Source: Armatimonadota bacterium (GTDB lineage Bacteria; Armatimonadota; UBA5829). From it: a DNA stretch of 64,000 nucleotides. Both the position numbers and the translations under genes were made by a program. Below the pieces are notes generated by a model that saw only the letters and a program-made list of their open reading frames with translations, searched no databases and was not told where the DNA came from. The stretch covers positions 1,581 through 65,580 of the forward strand of contig JARYME010000002.1 of assembly GCA_029907315.1 (NCBI GenBank), written 5' to 3'. This document shows positions 29,359-39,343 of the stretch, one piece after another; position 1 is the first letter of the stretch, and each line of letters starts with the position of its first letter.

Positions 29359-30912
29359 ATGGCTGTCCAGAAGCGCAAGACAATACCAGAGGTTCCGGCA
29401 GAGCAGGATGGGCTGTCGGGAGAAGAGCTGTTTGCTCGCGGCAAAGGTTTAACGTACGACGATTTCATTGTGCTGCCCGGTTATATTGATTTCCAGGCGA
29501 GCGAAGTTGACCTAGAAACTCGCGTCACACGCAACATAAAAATAAAGCGTCCGCTCGTCAGCTCGCCTATGGATACCGTAACAGAGTGGAAGATGGCAGT
29601 CTACCTCGCCTTGCTTGGGGGCATCGGCATCATCCACTACAACAACACTATAGAAGCCCAAGTGGAGCACGTTCGAAAGGTCAAGCGCTTTGAGAACGGA
29701 TTCATCATCGATCCTGTAGTGTTGAGCCCGAGGCACACGGTAAGCGATGTAGACCGAATCAAGAAGGAGCATGGGTTCTCGGGTATCCCCATTACGGAAG
29801 ACGGCACTCTCGGATCTAGACTGGTCGGCATCGTTACGAACCGAGACATCGACTTTGAGAAGGACCGTTCGCGGCCGCTTGCTGAGGTAATGACGACTGA
29901 CCTGATAACCGCTAAGCAGGGCGTCACGCTCCACGAGGCAAACCAGATTCTCAAAGCTTCAAAGAAAGGCAAGCTGCCAGTAGTGGATGACCAGTTCCGA
30001 TTGGTGGCTCTTTTGTCACGCCGAGACCTGCTGACGAACAAGGACTACCCATACGCTTCCAAGAGTGCTGACAAACAGCTCCTAGTGGGTGCTGCCGTTT
30101 CTACTCGCCAGGAAGACCGCGAAAGGATAGAAGCTCTCGTCGATGCCGGTGTCGACATACTCCTGATCGATTCTGCCCAGGGATACTCGCGCTACCAAAT
30201 CGAAACCCTGAGATTTATAAAAGAGCGGTATCCCGATATCGACGTTATCGCAGGGAATGTGGTTACTACTGAGCAGTGCCGTGCGCTGATAGAGGAAGGC
30301 GCAGATGCGCTTCGTGTTGGAATGGGCCCCGGTTCCATATGCATCACACAAACTATGATGGCTGTTGGCAGACCGCAGGCCACGGCCGTCTACAGGTGCG
30401 CCAAATATGCCAGACAATTCGACGTGCCGGTTATAGCAGACGGCGGTATCCAAGGCATAGGCCACATTGCGAAGGCACTGGCCATCGGTGCCAGTACAGT
30501 AATGGCGGGATATCTCTTGGCTGGTACAGCGGAAGCTCCGGGCGAATACTTCTACGAAAACGGCGTTAGAGTCAAGCGTTATCGTGGCATGGCGAGCGTC
30601 GAAGCAATGACAGCCGGTGGCGGCAAGAGATACATGAGCGAGGACGACCAAGTCATAGTGCCACAGGGCGTTACAGGGACTGTTCCGGACAGGGGATCGT
30701 TGGTAGACTACGTGCCGTATTTGATGAAGGGATTGCAACAAGCTTTCCAGGATATGGGCGTGCGCAGCATCCCTGAACTCCACGAAGCCTTGTACTCCGG
30801 AAAACTGAGGTTTGAGCAGCGGACATCTGCGGCTCAAGCGGAGGGCACGGTCCACAGCCTCTATTCGTTCAAACCGCCCAAGCTCGGTCGTTCACCTATC
30901 GATGCGTTCTAG
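29359..30912 (+). CDS. guaB: IMP dehydrogenase (CBS-domain containing), eukaryote-like N-terminus
   Basis: [16 protein letters not shown]...[13 protein letters not shown], a CBS pair, and catalytic loop GSICIT are present. Confidence 0.9.
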   Translation: MAVQKRKTIPEVPAEQDGLSGEELFARGKGLTYDDFIVLPGYIDFQASEVDLETRVTRNIKIKRPLVSSPMDTVTEWKMAVYLALLGGIGIIHYNNTIEAQVEHVRKVKRFENGFIIDPVVLSPRHTVSDVDRIKKEHGFSGIPITEDGTLGSRLVGIVTNRDIDFEKDRSRPLAEVMTTDLITAKQGVTLHEANQILKASKKGKLPVVDDQFRLVALLSRRDLLTNKDYPYASKSADKQLLVGAAVSTRQEDRERIEALVDAGVDILLIDSAQGYSRYQIETLRFIKERYPDIDVIAGNVVTTEQCRALIEEGADALRVGMGPGSICITQTMMAVGRPQATAVYRCAKYARQFDVPVIADGGIQGIGHIAKALAIGASTVMAGYLLAGTAEAPGEYFYENGVRVKRYRGMASVEAMTAGGGKRYMSEDDQVIVPQGVTGTVPDRGSLVDYVPYLMKGLQQAFQDMGVRSIPELHEALYSGKLRFEQRTSAAQAEGTVHSLYSFKPPKLGRSPIDAF

Positions 30913-30945
30913 TTTTTCGTTGTTGAAAAACAGGTGGCCTTCTTT

Positions 30946-31782
30946 TTATGAGAGCAGTTGTCGGAGGATCGTTAGGTTCCTGATATCCCACTCTATACCC
31001 TCTGCGGGCGTTTCGATAATGCCAGGCAGACCTGCTGTTGCAGGGTGGTGAAGCAATGCTCGGAAGCCCTCGTATCCGATTCTTCCGAGCGCTATATGGT
31101 GGTGTTTGTCACGGTGAGAACCAAGCGGCATCTCCGTGTCGTTTAAGTGCACGACTTTAAGCTGGTCGATGCCCACAAGCCGTTCTATCTCTGAGAATAC
31201 TGACTCCACTCCTTGTTGCGTTGATATATCATAGCCGGCAGCGTACAAGTGTGCCGTATCTACAGCGATACCTATCCGGTCCTGATACTTCACAGCGGCT
31301 AATATATCCGCAATTTCCTCAAAAGAGGAACCCACTGCATTTCCGCTTCCTGCACCGAGTTCGAGAACCACGGCTGCCCCGTCCGCTGTTTCCAAAGCCT
31401 CGTTTACGGCTGTGGCTACCCGCGCAATCCCTGTTTTCAGACCTGCGCCCTTGTGGCTTCCAATGTGGGTTACCACTCGATCGGCGCCCAACAAGCGAGC
31501 TCGCGTCAGGGCGTCCGAAAGAGCATACTTACTTTTGTTCCAAATCTCTTGGTCAGGTGAGGCAAGATTCACTAAATAAGGCGTATGCAAGATTATAGGC
31601 GATATACCGAGGGCCCGTGCTCCACGTTCGAATTCGGCAGCCAGCTCCGAATTCAGAGGTCGCCGCAGCCAGCTGTTGGGGTTGCTTGAGAATAGTTGGA
31701 TAGTTTCACACTTCAACTGCCGAGCAAAGTCGAGTGCTTGTAGAAGACCCTTACTGATGCGAACGTGTACACCCAGTCGCAT
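30946..31782 (-). CDS. nfo: deoxyribonuclease IV (endonuclease IV)
   Basis: MRLGVHVRIS start and Xylose isomerase-like TIM-barrel motifs (HxxYLxNL, VVLELGAG). Confidence 0.85.
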   Translation of the reverse strand: MRLGVHVRISKGLLQALDFARQLKCETIQLFSSNPNSWLRRPLNSELAAEFERGARALGISPIILHTPYLVNLASPDQEIWNKSKYALSDALTRARLLGADRVVTHIGSHKGAGLKTGIARVATAVNEALETADGAAVVLELGAGSGNAVGSSFEEIADILAAVKYQDRIGIAVDTAHLYAAGYDISTQQGVESVFSEIERLVGIDQLKVVHLNDTEMPLGSHRDKHHHIALGRIGYEGFRALLHHPATAGLPGIIETPAEGIEWDIRNLTILRQLLS

Positions 31783-31881
31783 AGTAAAAAACTATTCAGC
31801 GGCAGTCGATCCGGGGCGCAAATACCACTTTGTAAGATGTATTTGGACCTACTAGGCGAGGATAGGAGCGCAGTACGTTCA

Positions 31882-32274
31882 CTAGTCTTCCTCGTCCTCG
31901 TCTTCCTCGCCAAAGTCGTCCAGGTCGGTCGATGCGTAGCTGAACGAACTGATCTCCTCGGCGCGGAACATGCTCACCAAGAAGTCCTCGCGCTCGAAGC
32001 TCGGCATGTATGATGACACTATGTCTTCGTCTATCAACTCCAACAGGTCTTCCTCTTCGGACGTAGTCAAGTCCACTTCCAGAAGAACTGCCGCGTGGAT
32101 AACATCATGTGCGTAGTGCAGGTGTACCTGTCCGACGCGCGAGTCTCCGTCCCAAATGACGTAGATTTCTGAAGACGACGTGCGGACGAGACGCGAGAGT
32201 CTGAACTGGGGTCTGGAGTTGTCTTCCAAGGGAAACCTCCTGAGCGGGTTTATCAGACGCCGACAGTATGCCAC
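31882..32274 (-). CDS. hypothetical protein with poly-acidic C-terminus
   Basis: ORF ends ...DLDDFGEEDEDEED. It sits upstream of nfo on the same strand. No recognizable family; the start is uncertain. Confidence 0.35.
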   Translation of the reverse strand: MAYCRRLINPLRRFPLEDNSRPQFRLSRLVRTSSSEIYVIWDGDSRVGQVHLHYAHDVIHAAVLLEVDLTTSEEEDLLELIDEDIVSSYMPSFEREDFLVSMFRAEEISSFSYASTDLDDFGEEDEDEED

Positions 32275-32472
32275 TTTTTGCCGGAACAGTCAACTCCTGC
32301 AGCGTTGAGCTATGACTGAAACAAGTGGTCTGCACGTATTCGACGGGATTTCATCACTCGGCGGCATTTGGTAACAGATAACTCGCGTTTGTCTCTTTTG
32401 AGGTCAAGGGCTGCATAATAACTGCGTGCGGTGGGTATATGCAATTTAGCATCTTCGTAAGGAGGCTGGCTT

Positions 32473-32709
32473 ATGCCCGCAAAGAATGTTATAGTATACT
32501 CGACTCCAACTTGTCCGTATTGTATTCAGGTCAAGGAGTACCTGAAGTCCAAGAATATTCCCTTCACGGACTACAACGTTGCTACCGACATAGAGGCGCG
32601 AAACGCGATGGTGCAGAAGTCGGGGCAGCTTGGGGTTCCTGTTATTGAGGTAGACGGTGAGATTGTTGTGGGATTCAACCGCAGCAAACTCGACCAGCTC
32701 TTGTCCTAA
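32473..32709 (+). CDS. glutaredoxin-like protein (NrdH/YruB type)
   Basis: The CPYC active site appears within YSTPTCPYCIQVKEYL. Size is 78 aa. An AAGGAGG RBS is present. Confidence 0.75.
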   Translation: MPAKNVIVYSTPTCPYCIQVKEYLKSKNIPFTDYNVATDIEARNAMVQKSGQLGVPVIEVDGEIVVGFNRSKLDQLLS

Positions 32710-32760
32710 GCTATATAGCAGTTGTAGACACCACTGTCTACACAAAATGGGTCGGCAAGC

Positions 32761-33714
32761 GTGGAGAGCAAACGCGAGCGTGAACTGATAATCATCGGTG
32801 CCGGTCCGGCAGGGATGACGGCTGCCGTTTACGCAGCGCGCAAACAACTTGACACGCTTGTGATAACCAAGGATGTCGGCGGTCAAGCCTTGTGGAGCTC
32901 AGATATCCAAAACTATCTGGGCTTCACATTCATAACCGGAGCAGAACTGGTCAAGCGATTTGAGGAACACGTGCGTAGCTTCGGGGTAGCTGTGGAGTAT
33001 TCGTCGGTAACCAAAGTGTCTAGTGTTGACGACAGCTTCGAGGTAGTTACGGAGGACAACCGACGCTTCTTGGCTCGTGCTCTCATAGTGAGTTCGGGCA
33101 AGTCACCGCGCACGTTGAACGTTCCTGGAGAAAAAGAGTTCTTGGGTCGAGGTGTCGCTTACTGCGCAACGTGCGATGCGCCTTTGTTCGCCGGGAAGAA
33201 CGTTGCGGTTGTTGGCGGCGGCAACTCTGGTCTCGACGCGGCAGTCCAGCTCATGCGCATTTGCCCGCACGTATATATCATTGAGGTTGCTGACCAGCTG
33301 CGCGGGGACGAGGCAATTCAAAACACGGTGCTCCGTGCTGACAACGTCACGGTGCTAACTGGTACCACTGTGAAAGAAATTCGGGGCGATTCCTTTGTCC
33401 GAAGTGTCGTTGTTCAAGACGTTCATACCAACAATATTCGCGAGCTTGACGTTGAAGGCGTGTTTGTGGAAATCGGTCTTTCGCCCAACAGTGACTTCGT
33501 GAAAGATGTTGTCAAGCTCAACAAATGGCGAGAGATACCTGTTGACTGCGGAGCTAGGACTGGCGTGCCAGGCCTTTTTGCTGCCGGCGACGTTACGGAT
33601 GTCCCACAAAAGCAAATCATATGCGCAGCTGGAGATGGCGCCAAAGCTGCGCTCGGTGCATATTCATATCTTGTCAGGCGTCCTGTTCCCACCGACTGGC
33701 TGAAGAGCCAATGA
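32761..33714 (+). CDS. thioredoxin-disulfide reductase-like FAD/NAD(P)-dependent oxidoreductase
   Basis: IIGAGPAGMTAAVYAAR, CATCDA redox motif and GGGNSG. GTG start. Confidence 0.75.
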   Translation: MESKRERELIIIGAGPAGMTAAVYAARKQLDTLVITKDVGGQALWSSDIQNYLGFTFITGAELVKRFEEHVRSFGVAVEYSSVTKVSSVDDSFEVVTEDNRRFLARALIVSSGKSPRTLNVPGEKEFLGRGVAYCATCDAPLFAGKNVAVVGGGNSGLDAAVQLMRICPHVYIIEVADQLRGDEAIQNTVLRADNVTVLTGTTVKEIRGDSFVRSVVVQDVHTNNIRELDVEGVFVEIGLSPNSDFVKDVVKLNKWREIPVDCGARTGVPGLFAAGDVTDVPQKQIICAAGDGAKAALGAYSYLVRRPVPTDWLKSQ

Positions 33715-34931
33715 ACTCTAACCATCGCGCACCAACTTCTGCCTACGTGCATATACCGTTTTGTGTTTCCAAGTGTTATTACTGCGACTTCGGTTCGCAC
33801 GTGGGACTGGAATATCTGTTTGACGACTACGCTCGTGCTGTCGCTCGGGAGATAGAAAGAACCGCTGCCGAGCTTGGGAGTGGGTATGGGTTTGAGCGCG
33901 AAAGGAGTCCATTGTCAACCATATATTTCGGGGGAGGTACTCCAACCGTCCTTTCCCCTTCAGCTTTGGGGATTGTGCTTGACTCTCTGATGGCCTGTTT
34001 CGGTGTTGACCAGAGCGCCGAAGTTACCATCGAAGCCAACCCCGATACACTTGAAGGAGCGAAGCTCGAGCAGCTGCTGGAACTCGGTTTCAATCGCCTC
34101 AGTCTTGGATTTCAATCTTTCGACGATGAGATGCTTGCACGTCTTGGTAGGGTCCACACGGCTCAGCAAGCGGTTGCATTGTTTCGTCAAGCACGGCGAT
34201 CCGGTTTTGGCCGCGTAAGTGTGGATCTCATGTTCGCGCTACCCGGTCAGACGATTGAGCATTTCAGGCGAGAGCTAGAGACACTCTTGAGTTTACTACC
34301 GGAGCACGTGTCGTTGTACGAGCTGACTGTCGAGTCCGGCACTCCGCTGGCGCAGATGCGAGATGCAGGTTTGGTGGAGCTGCCCGAAGAAGAAGCAAAG
34401 CTTGCAATGTACGAGATGGCGATCACGGAGCTTACCGCAGCGGGCTACGAACACTATGAGGTATCAAACTTTGCTATGCCGGGATTTCGCTGCCGGCACA
34501 ACCAGGTTTATTGGCGGAACGAGCCGTTCTACGGGTTCGGTGCTGGCGCGACAAGTTATATCGCCGGTGTGCGAAGCCACAGGGTGTTGGATCCGGAGCA
34601 GTACGTAAGGTGTATCGTTACGGGCGCAGATCCCATTGATTACTCTGAAAAGCTTTGTGGACGGTCGCTTTTGGGCGAGACGCTAATGTTGGGTTTGAGA
34701 ATGCTGGATGGAGTAGACCTTGAGCAGGTTCGGCTTTTTACCGGGTTGGATCCTCTTACCGAATTTGGCACTGAAATAGCTGACTTGACACGGCGCCGAC
34801 TACTGCAGCTCACAGGAGATCGGCTGCGCGTGACGCATCGCGGTCTGCTGCTATTGAACGATGTATGCGAAGCTTTTGTCGAACCTTTTTCTTCAGTCGA
34901 CCCTGCTACTTCTCCTTCAACAAAGCCTTGA
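33711..34931 (+). CDS. hemW: radical SAM family heme chaperone HemW (coproporphyrinogen-III-oxidase-like)
   Basis: YVHIPFCVSKCYYCDF (CxxxCxxC) and HemN C-terminal domain. The ATG overlaps the trxB-like stop (ATGA). Confidence 0.8.
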   Translation: MNSNHRAPTSAYVHIPFCVSKCYYCDFGSHVGLEYLFDDYARAVAREIERTAAELGSGYGFERERSPLSTIYFGGGTPTVLSPSALGIVLDSLMACFGVDQSAEVTIEANPDTLEGAKLEQLLELGFNRLSLGFQSFDDEMLARLGRVHTAQQAVALFRQARRSGFGRVSVDLMFALPGQTIEHFRRELETLLSLLPEHVSLYELTVESGTPLAQMRDAGLVELPEEEAKLAMYEMAITELTAAGYEHYEVSNFAMPGFRCRHNQVYWRNEPFYGFGAGATSYIAGVRSHRVLDPEQYVRCIVTGADPIDYSEKLCGRSLLGETLMLGLRMLDGVDLEQVRLFTGLDPLTEFGTEIADLTRRRLLQLTGDRLRVTHRGLLLLNDVCEAFVEPFSSVDPATSPSTKP

Positions 34932-35448
34932 TCTGGCGCTCCATTTCCGCCGCCTTCTGCTTGCCTTGCTGTTCGTCTCTTGGGAAACCCACGTCCGCGT
35001 GCCGTATTACGCCTTTCTTGTCTATGATGTAGGTCGCGGGTATTGCCGAAACCTTGTAGGGTTCACCGACCGTTTTCGCGTTCGGGTCGTGCGCGACAGT
35101 GTAGTTGATTTTTTGCTCCTTCACAAACTTGACCACTTCTTCTTTGCCGCGGTCGATCGACACTCCCACGACGACAACTTCGTTTTTCTTGAATTTGTCT
35201 CGGAGTTTGATCAAGAACGGGATCTCAGACCTGCACGGTGGACACCAAGTTGCCCAAATGTCCAGCAGAACCACCTTTTTCGGCGCTTTCGAGAAGCAAG
35301 TCGAAAGTGTGAACTTGCCACCGTCGAGTGTGGGCAGCGTGAAGTCCGGTGCTTTTGTGCCTGGCGACAGCTCGGCAACCACAGCCGACGTTAAGGCTGC
35401 AGCCGCTGCGACTGCGACCAACAAGAGAACTCTTTTCCTTCGTAACAT
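34906..35448 (-). CDS. TlpA/ResA-like thiol-disulfide oxidoreductase (secreted)
   Basis: Signal peptide MLRRKRVLLLVAVAAAAALTSAVVA. WATWCPPCRSEIP thioredoxin motif. Start placed at the ATG at 35448. Confidence 0.7.
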   Translation of the reverse strand: MLRRKRVLLLVAVAAAAALTSAVVAELSPGTKAPDFTLPTLDGGKFTLSTCFSKAPKKVVLLDIWATWCPPCRSEIPFLIKLRDKFKKNEVVVVGVSIDRGKEEVVKFVKEQKINYTVAHDPNAKTVGEPYKVSAIPATYIIDKKGVIRHADVGFPRDEQQGKQKAAEMERQIKALLKEK

Positions 35449-35575
35449 GGCGATTTCTCCTTTTCTGCCGACCGCCAACTCCGGGTATGGTCGACTGCTT
35501 CTTTGACAGCACCATTTACGGGTGCTATCCTGATTTGGTGCCAACAGATTACCAGCCTGGAGCAAAAAGCGCAAT

Positions 35576-36754
35576 ATGTTGAGAAGTCGGACCACTGTAT
35601 TATTGACGCTGGTTGTTGTCGGCGTAGTTGTTCTCGCGGGCTGTGTTGCTGTGGTGTCCTTCGTCAGAGCTCGTCTTAACCTTACCCCCATACCTCAAGC
35701 ACCCCCAAAGTTCAGAATTGAGCGGCAAGTGTTGCCAGACGGTGTCAGGAATATACGCTGTTCTCCCAACGGAGGCGCATATTGCATAGTTACTAGGGGT
35801 GGAGGAGTATACGTTTTCAACAGGAGAGGTGCGGTGCGGTATTCAGTTAGGTTGGAGGACGCAACCGCTGCATTGGTTACCGACGATGCGGGGTGTGCAG
35901 TTGTCTATTCAGAGCGAGATCCTTCTCGCACCTTGGTGACTTTTTTGAATTCTGCTGGCCGCAGGATTTGGAAACTTTCTGTGCGTGGGGCGGTATGGTG
36001 CTGCGACGTTTTCGGTGATGCCCATCGGGCTGTGTTCGTTGTTGGTACGGGCAAGGCATATGTGTACGTGGTCGAGATCAGCCCTGGCAACGTGAGGTAC
36101 CGACGGTTCCGCGTACCCGGTGCCGTAAGCTCAATTATGCTGGATCGGCGCGATGAATCGGTCTTAGTCGCCACTTGGCAGCGCTCCAGCATAGGCCGCT
36201 ACACGCTCAACGGTAGGTGTGTCTGGCGGATAGAAGGGAGACCTGATCTCGTGTACCAAGTACACGCAACGGGTTTTCCAGACAAGGCAATTGCATACGG
36301 CAGGCCATTGGTTTTCGGTATCACCGGCGAGTTATGTGCTTTGGCTGGCGGCACTGTTTTGTGGCGTCGGGACATTGGCAGTGCAGCATGCCTCGACGTG
36401 GTTTTCGCGTGTGAAGGCGATTGCGTGTGTCTCGCTCAGGAAAGCGTTATCAGCCACGAAGGTCGATCGGTTAAAGAAAAACGCGCTGTGCTACTCGATG
36501 GTTCAGGCAGAGTCCTTGCTGATAAGGGCTCGCTGTTCTTTGGCGTTCGTCCGCTAATGGTGACGCGGCAATGTGGTGTTCTGCTTTGCGGCAACGAAAA
36601 GGCTCTTTTCTCAATGAACAGCGCGGGTAAATTAGATAAGGTTGCGGTTTTACCGTCGCGCGTGGTGGACTACGCTGTTTCCGATAATGGGGAATTAGTA
36701 CTATTGGAGTGTGCTGGCGGGATACTGATTCGCGCGGTGTTGCTACCTCTGTAA
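35576..36754 (+). CDS. membrane-anchored hypothetical protein (beta-rich, possible propeller)
   Basis: N-terminal TM/signal (VLLTLVVVGVVVLAGC) followed by repetitive beta-strand-like segments. Divergent from the tlpA-like gene. Confidence 0.45.
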   Translation: MLRSRTTVLLTLVVVGVVVLAGCVAVVSFVRARLNLTPIPQAPPKFRIERQVLPDGVRNIRCSPNGGAYCIVTRGGGVYVFNRRGAVRYSVRLEDATAALVTDDAGCAVVYSERDPSRTLVTFLNSAGRRIWKLSVRGAVWCCDVFGDAHRAVFVVGTGKAYVYVVEISPGNVRYRRFRVPGAVSSIMLDRRDESVLVATWQRSSIGRYTLNGRCVWRIEGRPDLVYQVHATGFPDKAIAYGRPLVFGITGELCALAGGTVLWRRDIGSAACLDVVFACEGDCVCLAQESVISHEGRSVKEKRAVLLDGSGRVLADKGSLFFGVRPLMVTRQCGVLLCGNEKALFSMNSAGKLDKVAVLPSRVVDYAVSDNGELVLLECAGGILIRAVLLPL

Positions 36755-36820
36755 ATGGCGACACGGCGCTCCTCTCTGAGAGGAGCGCCGTGTCTACACG
36801 AGGCTGGGCTTGGTGTCCGG

Positions 36821-37111
36821 CTAGCTGTCCGACAGTGTCGCCTCCAACGGAATGAGTCCGAGCCTGGTGGCGCGTCGGAATGCTTGCACTCGGTTCGACA
36901 CCTGGAGTTTGTCATATATGTTGGCTAGGTGGAAGTCCACGGTCCGTTTGCTGACGTAAAGCGCATCAGCTATGTCCTTGGACGTCTTGCCTTGAACTAC
37001 CAGTGTCAGAACCTCGAGCTCGCGTTTTGTAAGCCGGACAGAGCGGTCTTCATTTACGTTCGGGATTCCGACAGCCGCCATATACCTCTCCTTTCCCTGC
37101 TCGCCGCTCAT
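36821..37111 (-). CDS. LuxR-family HTH DNA-binding protein (standalone)
   Basis: LTKRELEVLTLVVQGKTSKDIADALYVSKRTVDFHLANIYDKL. Confidence 0.7.
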   Translation of the reverse strand: MSGEQGKERYMAAVGIPNVNEDRSVRLTKRELEVLTLVVQGKTSKDIADALYVSKRTVDFHLANIYDKLQVSNRVQAFRRATRLGLIPLEATLSDS

Positions 37112-37374
37112 TCATATCATTCCACGATTCGGCGGCGAACCGTAACAGTTTCCTGCAGATCAGGAGACATAAAGGTTTTCTAGAACCCATTCCTTATCAG
37201 AGGCTTCTGTGCGGTAGCTAGGTGCTGAGCAAGTTGGTAGTGCCAGATCTGCGGAAGTCTTCTAGTTAGAAAGCGAGACGAGTCATGCTGGGTAGAGCAC
37301 GCAGGTAAACGGTAAAATTTGGGTAAGAATATACAAAACAGCCGCTGGTGCGGAGGTTTGGGAGGAATCAGCAA

Positions 37375-37950
37375 ATGTCGAGAATCAAGGGAACAAGGAC
37401 CGAAAAAAACCTACTCGCAGCCTTTGCGGGCGAGTCCCAGGCGCGCAATCGCTACACATATTTTGCTAGCCAAGCTAAGAAGGAAGGCTTCGAGCAGATA
37501 GCCGCAGTCTTCGAGGAAACTGCAAACCAAGAAAAGGAACACGCCAAACGATTTTTCTCAATGCTGGATGGCGGCGATGTTGAGATTACAGCTACTTATC
37601 CCGCCGGCAAGATAGGAACCACGCTTGAGAATCTCAAAGCGGCGGCCGCAGGTGAGATGTACGAATGGGGAACTATGTATCCGGACTTCGCACAGGTGGC
37701 CCGCGAAGAGGGCTTCGAGGCTGTAGCGAAGCTGTTTGAAAATGTGGCTGTTGCCGAAAAGTTTCACGAGCGTCGGTATAGAGGCTTTGCTGAGCTTGTG
37801 GAATCCGGGCATGTCTTCAAGAAAGACCAGGTCGTAACGTGGCGGTGCCGAAACTGCGGTTACATCCACGAGGGTGCCGAAGCACCGGCTGCATGTCCCG
37901 CTTGTGCTCATCCGCAGGCGTACTTTGAGGTGCTGGTGGAAAATTGGTAG
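37375..37950 (+). CDS. rbr: rubrerythrin
   Basis: Ferritin-like diiron domain (KGTRTEKNLLAAFAGESQARNRY) plus C-terminal rubredoxin-like CRNCGY...CPAC. GGAGGA RBS. Confidence 0.85.
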   Translation: MSRIKGTRTEKNLLAAFAGESQARNRYTYFASQAKKEGFEQIAAVFEETANQEKEHAKRFFSMLDGGDVEITATYPAGKIGTTLENLKAAAAGEMYEWGTMYPDFAQVAREEGFEAVAKLFENVAVAEKFHERRYRGFAELVESGHVFKKDQVVTWRCRNCGYIHEGAEAPAACPACAHPQAYFEVLVENW

Positions 37951-38072
37951 TTGATCCGAGATTCTGCTTGGGGAGGTTGTTCGTTCCAAGCTGAGAATAC
38001 TTTTCGTGCCGATTGGGCGCTGGGCGGCTGATCTGCGAACTGCCCAGCGCCACGGTTGTAGGGGTGAACGAA

Positions 38073-39272
38073 ATGACACCAGTAAGGATTAAGCCAAACT
38101 TGTATTGGGTGGGCGCTGTGGATTGGAACGTTCGGGATTTCCACGGCTATTCGACACCCGCGGGCAGCACGTATAACGCGTATCTGCTCTTGGATGAGAA
38201 GACGGTGTTGTTCGATACCGTCAAGAAACCTTTTGCAAAGGATCTCGTGACCAAGATAAGCGAGATTGTAGAACCCGAGCGCATAGACTACATCGTCGTA
38301 AACCACGTGGAACTCGATCATTCAGGTGCACTTCCCGAGATAGTCAGTCTTGTCAAGCCCGAGAAGATCTTCTGCTCACCTAACGGCAAAAAGGCTCTAT
38401 TGGCTCATTTTCATATCGATGACTGGCCTATCGAAGTTGTGCAGACGGGTTCTAAAATCAGCTTGGGCTCACGAACCATTAGTTTCATTGAGACGCGTAT
38501 GCTCCACTGGCCGGACAGCATGTTCTCCTACATCGAAGAAGACGCATTGCTTATCTCACAGGACGCCTTCGGACAGCACTGGGCAACTAGTGAGCGTTTC
38601 GACGATGAAGTTGACGAATCCGAGCTGATGTATCAGTCCGCCAAATACTATGCCAACATTCTCTTGCCGTATTCGCCGCTTGTCCAAAAACTCATAGCTC
38701 AAATCCGCGAGGCTGGTCTTCGGATAGATATGATTGCCCCAGATCACGGCCTGATCTGGAGATCGAATCCCGAGAAGATAATCAATGCGTGGGAACGTTG
38801 GAGCCGACAGGAGACCAGCGAGAAAGCAGTTTTGGTCTACGATACGATGTGGCAGAGCACTGAGCTTATGGCAAGAGCCATTGCCGATGGGCTTCAGCAG
38901 GCGGGAATCTCGTACCGAGTCATGAGCCTTTCGAACGTTCACCGAAGCGATGTGGTTACCGAATTATTGGATTCTCGCTCGTTGGTTTTAGGCTCATCCA
39001 CCATCAACAATCAGATGCTTCCGAGAGTGGCCGATCTTCTCTGCTATCTAAAGGGCCTGCGGCCTGGTCCAAAGATTGCTGCGGCGTTCGGCAGCTATGG
39101 ATGGGGTGGCGAGGCAGTAAAACAGATAAATGCGGCCTTTGAGGAAATGAAGTTCCAGGTGGTCGACGAGGGTTTGCGCGTGCAGTACGTGCCTACGGGC
39201 GACGACCTAAAGAAATGCGTCGATCTGGGACGCAAGATCGGTGCTTTGGTTCGTCAGGGGGCACCGGCATAA
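38073..39272 (+). CDS. flavodiiron protein (FprA-type, MBL + flavodoxin domains)
   Basis: HVELDHSG metallo-beta-lactamase motif and C-terminal flavodoxin-like domain (LVLGSSTINNQ). About 400 aa. Confidence 0.8.
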   Translation: MTPVRIKPNLYWVGAVDWNVRDFHGYSTPAGSTYNAYLLLDEKTVLFDTVKKPFAKDLVTKISEIVEPERIDYIVVNHVELDHSGALPEIVSLVKPEKIFCSPNGKKALLAHFHIDDWPIEVVQTGSKISLGSRTISFIETRMLHWPDSMFSYIEEDALLISQDAFGQHWATSERFDDEVDESELMYQSAKYYANILLPYSPLVQKLIAQIREAGLRIDMIAPDHGLIWRSNPEKIINAWERWSRQETSEKAVLVYDTMWQSTELMARAIADGLQQAGISYRVMSLSNVHRSDVVTELLDSRSLVLGSSTINNQMLPRVADLLCYLKGLRPGPKIAAAFGSYGWGGEAVKQINAAFEEMKFQVVDEGLRVQYVPTGDDLKKCVDLGRKIGALVRQGAPA

Positions 39273-39343
39273 TGACTGCTTGCCTTTGCTGAAAACGAGA
39301 CCTTTTCCTTGAACTCAAACACCTAAATTGGGGGCTAGGTCAT

